This document shows, in pieces, positions 1-9,356 of a DNA stretch of 64,000 nucleotides. The translations under genes and the position numbers were made by a program. The stretch is taken from positions 68,635 through 132,634 of the forward strand of contig JABHAL010000001.1 in assembly GCA_018674305.1 (NCBI GenBank), written 5' to 3'. The notes beneath the pieces are model-generated. The model was not told the origin of the DNA, made no database searches, and worked only from the letters and a program-made list of their open reading frames with translations. Source of the stretch: Candidatus Falkowbacteria bacterium (GTDB lineage Bacteria > Patescibacteriota > Patescibacteriia > UBA11705 > JABHMO01). The first letter of the stretch is position 1. Every line of letters starts with the position of its first letter.

Positions 1-263
1 TACGCTTTTTCCAGCCAATCCTGTGACTCCTTTAACGAACCGAAACTATATCGGTAATATTTTATTTTATCTTTCTTCGTATATCTACCAAACCCTTCTG
101 CAATATTTGCTGACATTGAATCAATTGCTCTTGCCCACTGAAGGCCAACCGTGTTTTTAGCAAAGTATTCCCATTCAAATATAATTTTCCAAACATAGTT
201 TGATATTTCAAGCGCACTACCATAGGCACTGATATCATTCAAGTCTAAATATTTTTTCTCCAT
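1..263 (-). CDS. Four-helix-bundle protein (23S rRNA intervening-sequence/Avd-like family), runs off the window start
   Basis: Manual translation from ATG 263: MEKKYLDLNDISAYMVALEISNYVWKIIFEWEYFAKNTVGLQWARAIDSMSANIAEGFGRYTKKDKIKYYRYSFGSLKES; the Q..RA..S.SANIAEG..R signature is typical of the family. Confidence 0.85.
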   Translation of the reverse strand, partial: MEKKYLDLNDISAYGSALEISNYVWKIIFEWEYFAKNTVGLQWARAIDSMSANIAEGFGRYTKKDKIKYYRYSFGSLKESQDWLEKA

Positions 264-272
264 GTTTTCTAA

Positions 273-304
273 ACAATTTAACAGTTTGACAATTTATCAA
301 TTTA
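273..304. repeat. 8-bp tandem micro-repeat upstream of the four-helix-bundle gene
   Basis: acaattta acagtttg acaattta tcaattta. Confidence 0.8.
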
Positions 305-305
305 G

Positions 306-1409
306 TTATTCAATATCGCGCATAGCTAATCCAAGCGCAGTTGCTAAACGTGGACCAACCTCTTCTAAAACTGGTTTCAATTCCTCAGGATAAATTACTC
401 TGGCCCAAGGATTACCAATAAAAGTCCTTACACCAACCTTGTCAGTGAAATACTGTGGTAAATTAAATAAATTTGCTGTACCACCTGACAATACGATTCT
501 TTCTATTTTTTTATCCTTATTATCTGGCTGTTCTAAATAAAAATTTATTGTATACTCAATTTCATCTACAATTGCCTGGACCGGTCGCTGAATTAGTTCT
601 GGTAAAGTTTCACCTTCACCCAAAACTTCAGTATTACCTGCTAAATCCCTTTTGAACTGTTCGCCTTGTTCAATACTAACGTTTAAGGTTTCTGTTATTC
701 TTTTTGTAATTCCTAAACCACCAACACTCACACTCCGATTGAGCAATGGGATCGAATTTTCAATAACTGAAATATCAGTATTAACAGCTCCAATATCAAC
801 TAAAATCACAGTTGATTTGTCCTTGCCGACCAAAGAACGGGCCAAAGCAAAAGCTTCAGTCTCCAAACTGATTAGGTCCAATCCAGCTTTTTTAAAAATT
901 TCAATATACTTTTGTACCACTTCTTTCGCTGCTCCAGTTAACAAAACTTGTAGATTTTTTATAGTTTCTCCTTTATTTTCTTTTAGAGCCTTGTCGTCAC
1001 CAATCACCTTCCAATCCAAAATCATTTCTTCCAATGGTAAAGGTAAAACTTTTTTTGCCTCCCACTCCACAGCAGCCGTAACTTTCTTAGGTGAACTTAA
1101 ATCCTTTTTGCTAATCTCACTAAGAGAAATAATTGAACTAAAAACTGCTGGAGCAGGCAAAGCCGTAACTGCCCGTTTTGTCAAAACTTTACTTTTCTTC
1201 AAAACCTGTTTAATTAACTCAGCTGTTTTGTCTGTGTCATCAATCAACTTAGCACTGCCTCCCTTGAGTGAGCGCTCCAAAAAGCCATAAGTCACTAACT
1301 GTGCTCGTCCATTGTTATTGGTTAATTCAACCATCTTTATGCTACTGCCTCCAATGTCTACGCCTAAATAATTAGTGTCCATTGGTGACTCTTTGGAAAA
1401 TAAGCCCAT
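306..1409 (-). CDS. pilM: Type IV pilus assembly protein PilM
   Basis: LGVDIGGSSIKMVEL, VDIGAVNT and IVLSGGTANL actin-like motifs; C-terminal ALGLAMR. Confidence 0.92.
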   Translation of the reverse strand: MGLFSKESPMDTNYLGVDIGGSSIKMVELTNNNGRAQLVTYGFLERSLKGGSAKLIDDTDKTAELIKQVLKKSKVLTKRAVTALPAPAVFSSIISLSEISKKDLSSPKKVTAAVEWEAKKVLPLPLEEMILDWKVIGDDKALKENKGETIKNLQVLLTGAAKEVVQKYIEIFKKAGLDLISLETEAFALARSLVGKDKSTVILVDIGAVNTDISVIENSIPLLNRSVSVGGLGITKRITETLNVSIEQGEQFKRDLAGNTEVLGEGETLPELIQRPVQAIVDEIEYTINFYLEQPDNKDKKIERIVLSGGTANLFNLPQYFTDKVGVRTFIGNPWARVIYPEELKPVLEEVGPRLATALGLAMRDIE

Positions 1410-1412
1410 ATA

Positions 1413-1490
1413 ATTCTAAATTCGAATCTCCGAATTCGAAACCAGCAACTTCAAAATGGTTTCGAATTGTGACATTCGGTATTCATATTT
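1413..1490. repeat. Inverted degenerate 7-bp repeat arrays
   Basis: ttctaaa ttcgaat ctccgaa ttcgaaa ... tttcgaa ttgtgac attcggt. Confidence 0.6.
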
Positions 1491-1557
1491 ATTTTTCTTG
1501 TACTAATTATAACATTTTTTAACATTTTAATAAAATCTTTATCCACTTTTCAATCGG

Positions 1558-3102
1558 CTATTTTACCCAAAACGGTAAAGCCTTAGCAATCTGTGTGAAT
1601 CCCGGTGGCGGATTACTAATGACCCTGCCCTGATAAATAACTTTTTCAGCTGGAGCTTGCGACTGCAAATTGCTGTGTCGCCGTTCAAAATTAAATTTTT
1701 TAGCCACCATCAAGCCCTGAACTTTAAGAGGCCAATCCTGCGCGGACTCCCCTTTGCTCCCAGTATAAATTTCACCTTCAGTAAAATAATTACCAACCAT
1801 CTTTTTCACATTAGAGTCAATGTAAATATTTCCGCCAGTCCCATCCGCTTTTTTCAGTACAATATAACCCACTGAAGCTAAATTTTTTAGTTCAGCCATG
1901 GCTGACGATTGATAATACTGATTGCTCTTAATATGTAAATCCCCACGCACAACAATAGTTCCCGCTCCGCTCTTATCTCCTATTCCATTTTTATAATATT
2001 TATAATACAAAACTAAATCGTCTTTTGCATAATAGACTTTACCTCCCAACAAATAAGGCACCTGTGAACTATTACTAATATTCATTACCTCTCCATATTG
2101 TCCAGCCAACAAACCTTTGATATCCAATGGTCCCAATTCGCTTTGATAATTACTTTCCTGATCTGGCAAATTCAAAGCTCCAATCCGATCACTAACCCAC
2201 CCTGAATCACTACAAACATCTGAATCTTCACATAAAGAAGAAAAATGCACGATACTACCATCACTTTGCAACATATAAGTTGCATTAAATTTGTCCTCTG
2301 GTGTAATGCCTTGTTGCAAACTACCCAAGCCTTCCTGCGCATAAATATCACCACCAACAGTTTCCACATACGGTGGGTGAACACTTACGGCTGCTTGATG
2401 AGGTTGAAAACTAAGCCACCCAAAGCCAGTATTATTACCATTTTCACCCCAAGCCCAGCCAACTAAAGAATTATCAGAATAATCAATCCCCGTTCCATAG
2501 TCGTAACAACTTTCGCAATTCTCACATTTTTGACTACTACAATTTTGACAATTTTGACAAATAGCGCCCAGTCCCTGCCCCTCATCATCTTTATCAGCAA
2601 AACAAATTTCACAAGTTTCGCGACTTTCGTCTTTAAATACAGCGCAATTTTGGCAAGCGTGTTTTTGGCCTGGCAAATCATCAATTTGCTCACCTTGTAA
2701 GTTAAACCAACCCTGATCCTGCAAATTAATCCAATTCCCCCAGCCAGATATCAATCCATGCTCTGATATTCGAGCAAATGGCTCTCCCCCTACTGGAGTT
2801 TCATTTAAACTTGAATCTAAGCAACTCTTGCCAAAACAAACCCAACCATCATTTTCTGACCAGGCCCAGCCGAACAGTTCACCAGTTTGTTTATCAAAAT
2901 CTAAACCATAATCTGATTGCAAGCATTTATTATTGATCCCCTCGTTAAAACAATTCAAAGACAACCAGCCAATATTCTCTGACCAGGCATAACCACTAAT
3001 TTTGTGATTTCTATTTGCAACTACATCCGAATTATTCACAGCCAAAAAAGCAAGAAAACAACAAAACAATAAAACAAAACTAATTGTTATTTTTTTTCTC
3101 AT
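1558..3102 (-). CDS. Secreted/membrane-anchored protein with GxAWxxxxGW repeats and a CxxC-rich segment
   Basis: N-terminal hydrophobic signal; GYAWSENIGW, GWAWSENDGW, GWAWGENGNNTGFGW; CQNCQNCSSQKCENCESC. Confidence 0.75.
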   Translation of the reverse strand: MRKKITISFVLLFCCFLAFLAVNNSDVVANRNHKISGYAWSENIGWLSLNCFNEGINNKCLQSDYGLDFDKQTGELFGWAWSENDGWVCFGKSCLDSSLNETPVGGEPFARISEHGLISGWGNWINLQDQGWFNLQGEQIDDLPGQKHACQNCAVFKDESRETCEICFADKDDEGQGLGAICQNCQNCSSQKCENCESCYDYGTGIDYSDNSLVGWAWGENGNNTGFGWLSFQPHQAAVSVHPPYVETVGGDIYAQEGLGSLQQGITPEDKFNATYMLQSDGSIVHFSSLCEDSDVCSDSGWVSDRIGALNLPDQESNYQSELGPLDIKGLLAGQYGEVMNISNSSQVPYLLGGKVYYAKDDLVLYYKYYKNGIGDKSGAGTIVVRGDLHIKSNQYYQSSAMAELKNLASVGYIVLKKADGTGGNIYIDSNVKKMVGNYFTEGEIYTGSKGESAQDWPLKVQGLMVAKKFNFERRHSNLQSQAPAEKVIYQGRVISNPPPGFTQIAKALPFWVK

Positions 3103-3172
3103 AACTAAATTAATTATACCACAAAAATTGTATTTCTAATAAAAAATCAGACTAATAGTAGCCTGATATGTT

Positions 3173-3385
3173 TTAATCAAAGATTTCTTTTTCTTCATGA
3201 CAATGTAGAGCAACAATTCCACAGGTCATTAACAACAGCCCTCCAACAATCATTGGAAAAACTTCTGACACTCCAGCCAAAAATGGTAAAACACTGACAA
3301 CCTCCTTCCAAAACACTGAACTGATCAGCAAAGATAGCCCCAATATTGTAAACAAAATTACAAAAATCTTTTCTTTGCGTTTCAT
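3173..3385 (-). CDS. Small 2-TM membrane protein
   Basis: ORF 3173..3418; likely start MKRKEK at 3385 overlapping the upstream stop (ATGA). Confidence 0.6.
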   Translation of the reverse strand: MKRKEKIFVILFTILGLSLLISSVFWKEVVSVLPFLAGVSEVFPMIVGGLLLMTCGIVALHCHEEKEIFD

Positions 3386-3597
3386 TGATAATCTTTTGGA
3401 ACTTCTGGCCAATCCCACACCCCAAGCATTGCGCCAAGGACAATAGAACTACAAAGGATCAAAGCCCCACTAAAAAAAACCTCCTGCTCTCCTAAATGAC
3501 CGAATAAGGGGAGTACTACCATAATAGCTCCAGTAAGAGCTCCTATAATAGCCAATGCCTGAAAAACGACCAAGGCTGCCATTTTTAACTTTTCCAT
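3382..3597 (-). CDS. Small 2-TM membrane protein
   Basis: Two hydrophobic helices; RBS aggtggag upstream. Confidence 0.65.
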   Translation of the reverse strand: MEKLKMAALVVFQALAIIGALTGAIMVVLPLFGHLGEQEVFFSGALILCSSIVLGAMLGVWDWPEVPKDYQ

Positions 3598-3606
3598 CTC
3601 CCACCT

Positions 3607-3876
3607 CTAAGTATAATCACGCGGATCAAAATGTGACTCATCCTCACCTTTCTTAAGTTCAGGAAAAACATTAATAATCACCAAAGTTCCCGCAGAAGCA
3701 ACAAAGAAAGAGAGAATTAACGTTCCACCATAAGCAAACTCAGACAAACCAAGAACCGTACTAAAAGGCTTTTCCCAAAGCCCCCAACTTCCCAAGATCA
3801 TGAATATAGCGATTGCCATCCAAAACCAAGCCGCGACCCAGACAATTCCCAAGCCAACGAACAATAGCTTTTTCAT
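3607..3876 (-). CDS. Small 2-TM membrane protein
   Basis: Two hydrophobic helices; RBS aggaggg upstream. Confidence 0.7.
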   Translation of the reverse strand: MKKLLFVGLGIVWVAAWFWMAIAIFMILGSWGLWEKPFSTVLGLSEFAYGGTLILSFFVASAGTLVIINVFPELKKGEDESHFDPRDYT

Positions 3877-3966
3877 TTTTCCCTCCTGTTATTCAAAGAA
3901 CGAATTATATAATATTAACTTAAAATTTATTATTAATCAAGGTTTGTTTAATAATAAAAACCTTTT

Positions 3967-3993
3967 AGCTTTCGGATCAAGCCCGGAAAGACA
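3967..3993 (-). repeat. GTCATTCCG-type REP-like palindrome inside a hairpin downstream of rnhA
   Basis: Reverse complement tgtctttccgggcttgatccgaaagct resembles cgtcattccgaactcgatccggaatct at 30363-30389. Confidence 0.5.
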
Positions 3994-4003
3994 AAATGTT
4001 TTT

Positions 4004-4402
4004 TTATTTTTTATCAAGAGCTTGATTTACTAAAGCATCAGCTTCCTTATTTTGTTCACGATAAACATGTCTATATGTAACTTTTTGAAAGTGACCTTGC
4101 ATGTTATAAATTTTCAAAAACTGCTGTGCAAGTTCTTGGTTTTTTACCTTATATTCACCTTTCAATTGTTTAACAACTAATTCGCTATCCAAATTAAATT
4201 CTAACTCCGTACCACCAAGCTCTTTAGCTTTCTCCATGGCAAAAACCACAGCCTTGTATTCAGCTTGATTATTAGTGGCCTCACCAATACACTTTCCCTC
4301 ACTAAACACAATCTCACCTTTTTCATTTTTGATAACATAACCAGTCGCTGAAGGCCCAGGATTACCACGAGCGCCACCGTCACAGTTAATTTTTAAAAAC
4401 AT
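4004..4402 (-). CDS. rnhA: Ribonuclease HI
   Basis: DGGARGNPG, TNNQAEY, DSELVVKQ, HVYREQNKEADALVN motifs. Confidence 0.93.
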   Translation of the reverse strand: MFLKINCDGGARGNPGPSATGYVIKNEKGEIVFSEGKCIGEATNNQAEYKAVVFAMEKAKELGGTELEFNLDSELVVKQLKGEYKVKNQELAQQFLKIYNMQGHFQKVTYRHVYREQNKEADALVNQALDKK

Positions 4403-4451
4403 ATGAGAGTTAATTGATTAATTAGTTAATTATAAAACTAAATCAGATTTA

Positions 4452-6179
4452 CTATTTATCACTTATTTTTAAATCTTGAACTTTGAATTCAAATTCGCGA
4501 CGACCATTCCACTCATTAATTCCCAATTCGCAAACCACATCTATTGTAGCACCTACCTTCAACTTCTCAAACCATTCTTTAGCCTTGCCAAACCAGAGCA
4601 TTTTGTAAATTATTGGGGTGTGTTGCTTTACTGACATACGTAAATGAGTCTTTAGTTTTCCGATTCGATCTGCGCTGACAATTTGCAAATTATTAATTTT
4701 AAATAATGGGCGATCATTCCCTTCCCCAAATGGAGACAGTTCCACGATCTGTTTTAATAACTCAAAGCTAATTTCTGATATTTCAATTTCTCTATCAATC
4801 CACAAGCTCGGGCTCAGATCAATTTCTGAAAGTTTCTTTTCCACTATGCTATAGTACGTCTTTTGAAATTTCTCACGGATCGGGATTTCAGCAAGCGTAA
4901 ACCCACAAGCCCCGGCATGACCTCCATAGCGAGCAAAAAAAGATTCCACACTCCTCAAACTCTGAATCATATCAAAGCCGTCTATACTTCGTCCTGAGCC
5001 GATTATTTTGTTACCAGAAACCGTCATTGCCAAAACTGGGCGGTAAAATTCATCACTCAGACGACCGGCAATTAAACCGATAATACCAGGCAACCAATCT
5101 TCACTAAAAGCAAATATAACTTTTTGGTCCTCAATAGCCGTGACTTGCCCTTTAGCTTCGGCTAAAGATTTTTCTATTATACGTTGACGGTTTACATTAT
5201 TTTCCTGAAGTTCACTGGCAATTTTATCAGCGTCTGCCTGATCTTCAGTCACTAGTAACTCATAAGCCAATTTAGCATGGTTCAATCTTCCCGCGGCATT
5301 GAGTCTTGGTGCAATTTGAAATCCAATAGTAAATGAATCTATGTTTTTGGGTTTAATTAAATCTAACAGACTTTTCAATCCTGGCCATTTAGTTTGAGCT
5401 AATACAATCAATCCCCACTTCACTAAGATACGATTTTCATTAACCAGAGGAGCCACATCTGCTACTGTCCCAATTGCCACAATATCTAATATCCACTTTT
5501 GGTATCCCTCAACACCGCCATATTTTTGAAACTCTGAAGCCGGTATTTTTGATTCATCGCTCAAAATTGCTTGAACTACTTTATACGCCACTCCAGCTCC
5601 AGCCAACTCCCTAAACGGATAACCACTATCTGCAACTTTAGGATCCAAAATTGCATAGGCGTCCGGTATAATTTCTGGTGGTTCATGATGATCTGTAATT
5701 ATCACATCTACCCCTTTTTCATTTAGAAGTGCCACTTCATCAACATTTGTTATACCACAATCAACTGTGATAAATAATTGCACACCCTGAACAATAAAGT
5801 TGTTCACATTGTTAACATTTATACCGTAACCATCCTTTTCTCTATGAGGAATAAAGGTTTCTACGTCCGCACCCAACAACTTAAAAGTTCTATATAGAAT
5901 GGCAGAGCTCGTTACTCCATCCGCATCATAATCACCGTGAATAAGGATTTTTTCTTTCTTTTCAATAGCCTGCAAGATTCGCTCAACTGCCTTCTCCATG
6001 TCCTTGAACTTAAAGGGATCATGCATGCTCCCGTAAGCAGGTTCAAAAAATAAGTCAACATCTGATTGACTTTGTATTCCCCTGTTATATAATAGTTGTA
6101 TGATTACTGGATGAAGGTCAGCAAATTTCAATTTAAATTCAGAACTTGCCTCTTTTCTCAGTTTCCATTTTTTACTCAT
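4452..6179 (-). CDS. recJ: ssDNA-specific exonuclease RecJ
   Basis: GDYDADG, TVDCG, DHH, PRLNAAGR, GGHAGACG motifs. Confidence 0.96.
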   Translation of the reverse strand: MSKKWKLRKEASSEFKLKFADLHPVIIQLLYNRGIQSQSDVDLFFEPAYGSMHDPFKFKDMEKAVERILQAIEKKEKILIHGDYDADGVTSSAILYRTFKLLGADVETFIPHREKDGYGINVNNVNNFIVQGVQLFITVDCGITNVDEVALLNEKGVDVIITDHHEPPEIIPDAYAILDPKVADSGYPFRELAGAGVAYKVVQAILSDESKIPASEFQKYGGVEGYQKWILDIVAIGTVADVAPLVNENRILVKWGLIVLAQTKWPGLKSLLDLIKPKNIDSFTIGFQIAPRLNAAGRLNHAKLAYELLVTEDQADADKIASELQENNVNRQRIIEKSLAEAKGQVTAIEDQKVIFAFSEDWLPGIIGLIAGRLSDEFYRPVLAMTVSGNKIIGSGRSIDGFDMIQSLRSVESFFARYGGHAGACGFTLAEIPIREKFQKTYYSIVEKKLSEIDLSPSLWIDREIEISEISFELLKQIVELSPFGEGNDRPLFKINNLQIVSADRIGKLKTHLRMSVKQHTPIIYKMLWFGKAKEWFEKLKVGATIDVVCELGINEWNGRREFEFKVQDLKISDK

Positions 6180-6193
6180 AACTACATTTTACA

Positions 6194-6292
6194 ATGAATA
6201 AACAAAAAATACAAAAAACCGTTTGGACAATTGTTGTTGTAATCATGATTTTTTCTATGGTCATGTGGACAATGGGCTTTATTTTTTATTAA
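6194..6292 (+). CDS. 32-aa single-TM small protein (below ORF-track cutoff)
   Basis: MNKQKIQKTVWTIVVVIMIFSMVMWTMGFIFY*, followed by a bidirectional terminator. Confidence 0.5.
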   Translation: MNKQKIQKTVWTIVVVIMIFSMVMWTMGFIFY

Positions 6293-6307
6293 TATATTTA
6301 AAATAAT

Positions 6308-6340
6308 AAAGAGCCGTGTTTTACGAAACACGGCTCTTTT
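6308..6340. terminator. Bidirectional intrinsic terminator
   Basis: aaagagccgtgttt-tacg-aaacacggctcttt. Confidence 0.85.
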
Positions 6341-6342
6341 GA

Positions 6343-7098
6343 TTAAATACCTAAACCCAACCTGCGAGACAAAAGCCCCTGCATTCCCATTTGGTTCAGT
6401 CCCTTGATAGTCGATTCAATATCATAGGATACACGATGGTAACGCACAACGATCTTTCGTTGATAAAAATCAATTGTCACATAACAGGCGCGAGGATCCC
6501 TATCCCGTGGCTGACCAACTGAACCCACATTAATAATGTGCTTTTGCACGGCTGACAGTTTATACGGCTCATGAGGATAACTCAACCGCACTGGAGAGTT
6601 TGAACCTGTCCAAATTGTAGGCTGATGTGTATGCCCTACACATGCAAATCGTGTTTGCATAAACTGCATCTGGCCACGAGCTTCTTGTGGATAGCGAATA
6701 TAATCCCAGCCTTCAGGCTCGTGAATACAGCCATGGCTGATGATTAAATTGATCGTCTCAAAAAACATTTGATACGGCAACTGACCGAGGTATGCCAAAT
6801 CATCCTTACTTAACTTTTCCAAATTTTTCATCATGGCCAAGACAGCGATATGATTGTGGTCTACCACCTCTTGTCCTGCAGCTACTTTTACAACACCATC
6901 ATCATGATTTCCTCTCACCACGATATTGGCATTAGCCTGAATCCACTGCACACACTCCTGCGGATCTGGTCCATAACCCACAATGTCACCAAGGCAATAA
7001 ATAGCATCTGGGCTTTGATTTGGAAGATGCTTGCCTACAGCCTGAAGAGCTGGCCAATTACTATGAACATCGCTCAAAATAGCAATTCGAATTCCCAT
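6343..7098 (-). CDS. Calcineurin-like metallophosphoesterase
   Basis: SDVHSN, LGDIVGYG, RGNHD, GHTH, NVGSVGQPRD motifs. Confidence 0.92.
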   Translation of the reverse strand: MGIRIAILSDVHSNWPALQAVGKHLPNQSPDAIYCLGDIVGYGPDPQECVQWIQANANIVVRGNHDDGVVKVAAGQEVVDHNHIAVLAMMKNLEKLSKDDLAYLGQLPYQMFFETINLIISHGCIHEPEGWDYIRYPQEARGQMQFMQTRFACVGHTHQPTIWTGSNSPVRLSYPHEPYKLSAVQKHIINVGSVGQPRDRDPRACYVTIDFYQRKIVVRYHRVSYDIESTIKGLNQMGMQGLLSRRLGLGI

Positions 7099-7136
7099 GA
7101 CTTTACCTCTGTTTTATATGAACTACAATTCGTAAC

Positions 7137-7201
7137 AATATAGCAAATTTACACAAATCTGTCAATACCATATTGACATAATAACCAAAATTAGCTACAA
7201 T
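7137..7201. promoter_or_regulatory. Back-to-back divergent sigma70 promoters
   Basis: Minus: TTGACA(7165-7160)-17-TATATT(7142-7137); plus: TTGACA(7173-7178)-17-TACAAT(7196-7201). Confidence 0.75.
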
Positions 7202-7205
7202 GCAG

Positions 7206-7380
7206 TGTCTGGTACTTGAAGATTACTTTCAAGTGGCGCGGCCAAAAGTCTTAGGACGATCAACCAGAGATGGAGGATCTTAGCGTCTAGAGTCCTTCCG
7301 GATTATGTGACCACAGCGGCACTTGTCCTAATCAAGATAAAGGCTAATAAACAAGCCCCCGCTAGGGTATAGCCAGCAAC
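7206..7380 (+). ncRNA. Candidate 6S RNA-like structured ncRNA (~175 nt)
   Basis: Own promoter and terminator, no sizeable ORF; nested helices all centred near 7290 (CTGG/CCAG, AGTGG/CCGCT, TTAGGAC/GTCCTAA, GGAGGA/TCCTTCC) with a central bubble containing a GGCT/AGCC hairpin. Confidence 0.55.
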
Positions 7381-7382
7381 CA

Positions 7383-7417
7383 AAAAGACCGAAGTTAAAA
7401 CTTAACTTCGGTCTTTT
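7383..7417. terminator. Bidirectional terminator between the ncRNA candidate and lepA
   Basis: aaaagaccgaagttaa-aac-ttaacttcggtctttt. Confidence 0.88.
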
Positions 7418-7429
7418 ATATAGAAAATA

Positions 7430-9259
7430 TTAACGTTTCATCACCGACAAAAAGGCCTCCGGCGGAATATTAACTTTACCTTTACCAAACTCCATCATTC
7501 TCTTTTTGCCTTTTTTCTGTTTGGTTAAAAGTTTCTGTCTTCTCGAATAATCACCACCATATAAATTCGCAGTTACATCTTTACGTAGCGCTGAAATTCG
7601 TTCTGCTGCAATTATTTTCCCACCCAGAGCTGCTTGTAGTTTAACTACAAACTGGTGGCGAGGAATTGATTCCCGTAAACTTTTAACGATTTTCTTTCCA
7701 GTTTGGAAAGCTGCATCTTTATAAACAATTGTACCAAAAGCGTCAACTATTTCTTCAGCAACCAAAACATCCATTTTTACCAACTCAGCAGATTTATATT
7801 TATCAATTTCATAATTCATTGACCCATAACCAGAACTAACAGTTTTTAATTTATCATAAAAATCTACAATCAACATTGCCAGAGGGATTCTATAATGAAG
7901 AATAACTCGCGTTTCATCTATAAATTCTGTAGTTAAGTATTCACCACGCGAGTCTTGAACTAAGGTCATTACATTTCCCATATAATCTTTCGGACAAATA
8001 ATATCAACTTTCATAATCGGTTCTTGCATATGATCAATTACTGTTGGATCAGGAAATTCATTTGGGTTTTTTATTAAATATTCTGTCTCAGATAATATTT
8101 GTTCACGTTTAATCATCTTTGGAAACTTGGATCCTGGCTTTAAAATAACTTTGTAAGCTACGCTAGGAACAGTCACAACTAAATCTAAATCAAATTCGCG
8201 CCTCAACCTTTCTTGAAAAATTTCTAAATGAAGCATTCCCAAAAATCCACACCGGAAACCGAAACCAAGGACTGGCGAACTTTCTGGCTCATAAACCAAG
8301 GCTGCGTCATTTAATTTCAATTTACCTATTGCTTCTCGAAGTTCATTATACTCGTTACCTTCAGAACAAAAAATACCCGCGTAAACCATGGGTTTTACTT
8401 CCTTGTAACCAGCAAGAATTTCAAACTTACCTCGGTCTTCAGATCTAGAAATAGTATCACCAACTCGACATTTTTCAATTTCTTTCAAGCCAGTAACTAT
8501 ATAACCAATTTCACCGGTATTTAATTTATCTTTGGGAACTAAACCTGGCTTCAATATGCCACAATCCAAAACTTCACCCAGAGCATCAGTTCCAACCATG
8601 AAAATTTTGTCACCTTTTTTTACTTCTCCATCAAAAACTCTAACATAAGCTACTACACCTTTATATTCATCATAAAAAGAGTCAAAGGTTAAAGCTCTCA
8701 AAGGTTTATCTGCCTCACCTTTTGGGGCTGGGACTTTTTCAATCACTAACTCCAAAATTTTTTCAACGCCTTCTCCAGTTTTCGCACTACAAGTCAAAAC
8801 TTCATCTGCTCGACAACCAACAAGATTAACTATTTCCTGGGTAACACGTTTTACGTCAGCTGCAGGTAAATCAATCTTATTTAAAACTGGAATAATTTCT
8901 AAATCTTGTTCAATTGCTAGATATAAATTTGCTAAAGTTTGAGCCTGAACACCTTGCGCAGCATCAACCAAAAGAATTGCTCCTTCCACAGCAGCTAAAG
9001 ACCTAGAAACTTCATAGTTGAAATCCACATGTCCAGGAGTATCAATTAAATTCAAAACATGACCCTGATACTCCATTTGAGCAGGCTGAAGTTTAATAGT
9101 GATTCCTCTTTCTTGCTCAAGTTCCATAGTGTCCAAAATCTGGTCCTTCATGTTTCGTTTATCGACCGTTCCAGTCACTTCCAAAAAGCGGTCAGCCAGA
9201 GTAGACTTACCATGATCAATGTGGGCAATTATACAAAAATTTCGGGTTTTTTCTAACAT
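7430..9259 (-). CDS. lepA: Elongation factor 4 (LepA)
   Basis: RNFCIIAHIDHGKSTLADR, DTPGHVDF, GFRCGFLGMLH, KDVTANLYGGD; start placed at MLEKTRNF. Confidence 0.97.
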   Translation of the reverse strand: MLEKTRNFCIIAHIDHGKSTLADRFLEVTGTVDKRNMKDQILDTMELEQERGITIKLQPAQMEYQGHVLNLIDTPGHVDFNYEVSRSLAAVEGAILLVDAAQGVQAQTLANLYLAIEQDLEIIPVLNKIDLPAADVKRVTQEIVNLVGCRADEVLTCSAKTGEGVEKILELVIEKVPAPKGEADKPLRALTFDSFYDEYKGVVAYVRVFDGEVKKGDKIFMVGTDALGEVLDCGILKPGLVPKDKLNTGEIGYIVTGLKEIEKCRVGDTISRSEDRGKFEILAGYKEVKPMVYAGIFCSEGNEYNELREAIGKLKLNDAALVYEPESSPVLGFGFRCGFLGMLHLEIFQERLRREFDLDLVVTVPSVAYKVILKPGSKFPKMIKREQILSETEYLIKNPNEFPDPTVIDHMQEPIMKVDIICPKDYMGNVMTLVQDSRGEYLTTEFIDETRVILHYRIPLAMLIVDFYDKLKTVSSGYGSMNYEIDKYKSAELVKMDVLVAEEIVDAFGTIVYKDAAFQTGKKIVKSLRESIPRHQFVVKLQAALGGKIIAAERISALRKDVTANLYGGDYSRRQKLLTKQKKGKKRMMEFGKGKVNIPPEAFLSVMKR

Positions 9260-9317
9260 AGTAATGGTATAATAGATCATTTTCAATAAAAAATCAAGAT
9301 GAATGTTTCACAAAAAA

Positions 9318-9343
9318 AACAGGCGTAAATGGATACGCCTGTT
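9318..9343. terminator. Intrinsic terminator
   Basis: aacaggcgta-aatgga-tacgcctgtt with a poly-A flank. Confidence 0.75.
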
Positions 9344-9356
9344 GATAATTCAATGT

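Noticed and set aside
652-1290. 212-aa plus-strand ORF and similar antisense ORFs over core genes
   Set aside because: Fully antisense to confidently identified genes, with no motifs
7206-7380. RNA candidate as RNase P RNA, tmRNA or tRNA
   Set aside because: No GAGGAAAGUCC motif, tRNA-like ends or T-loop, and too short for tmRNA
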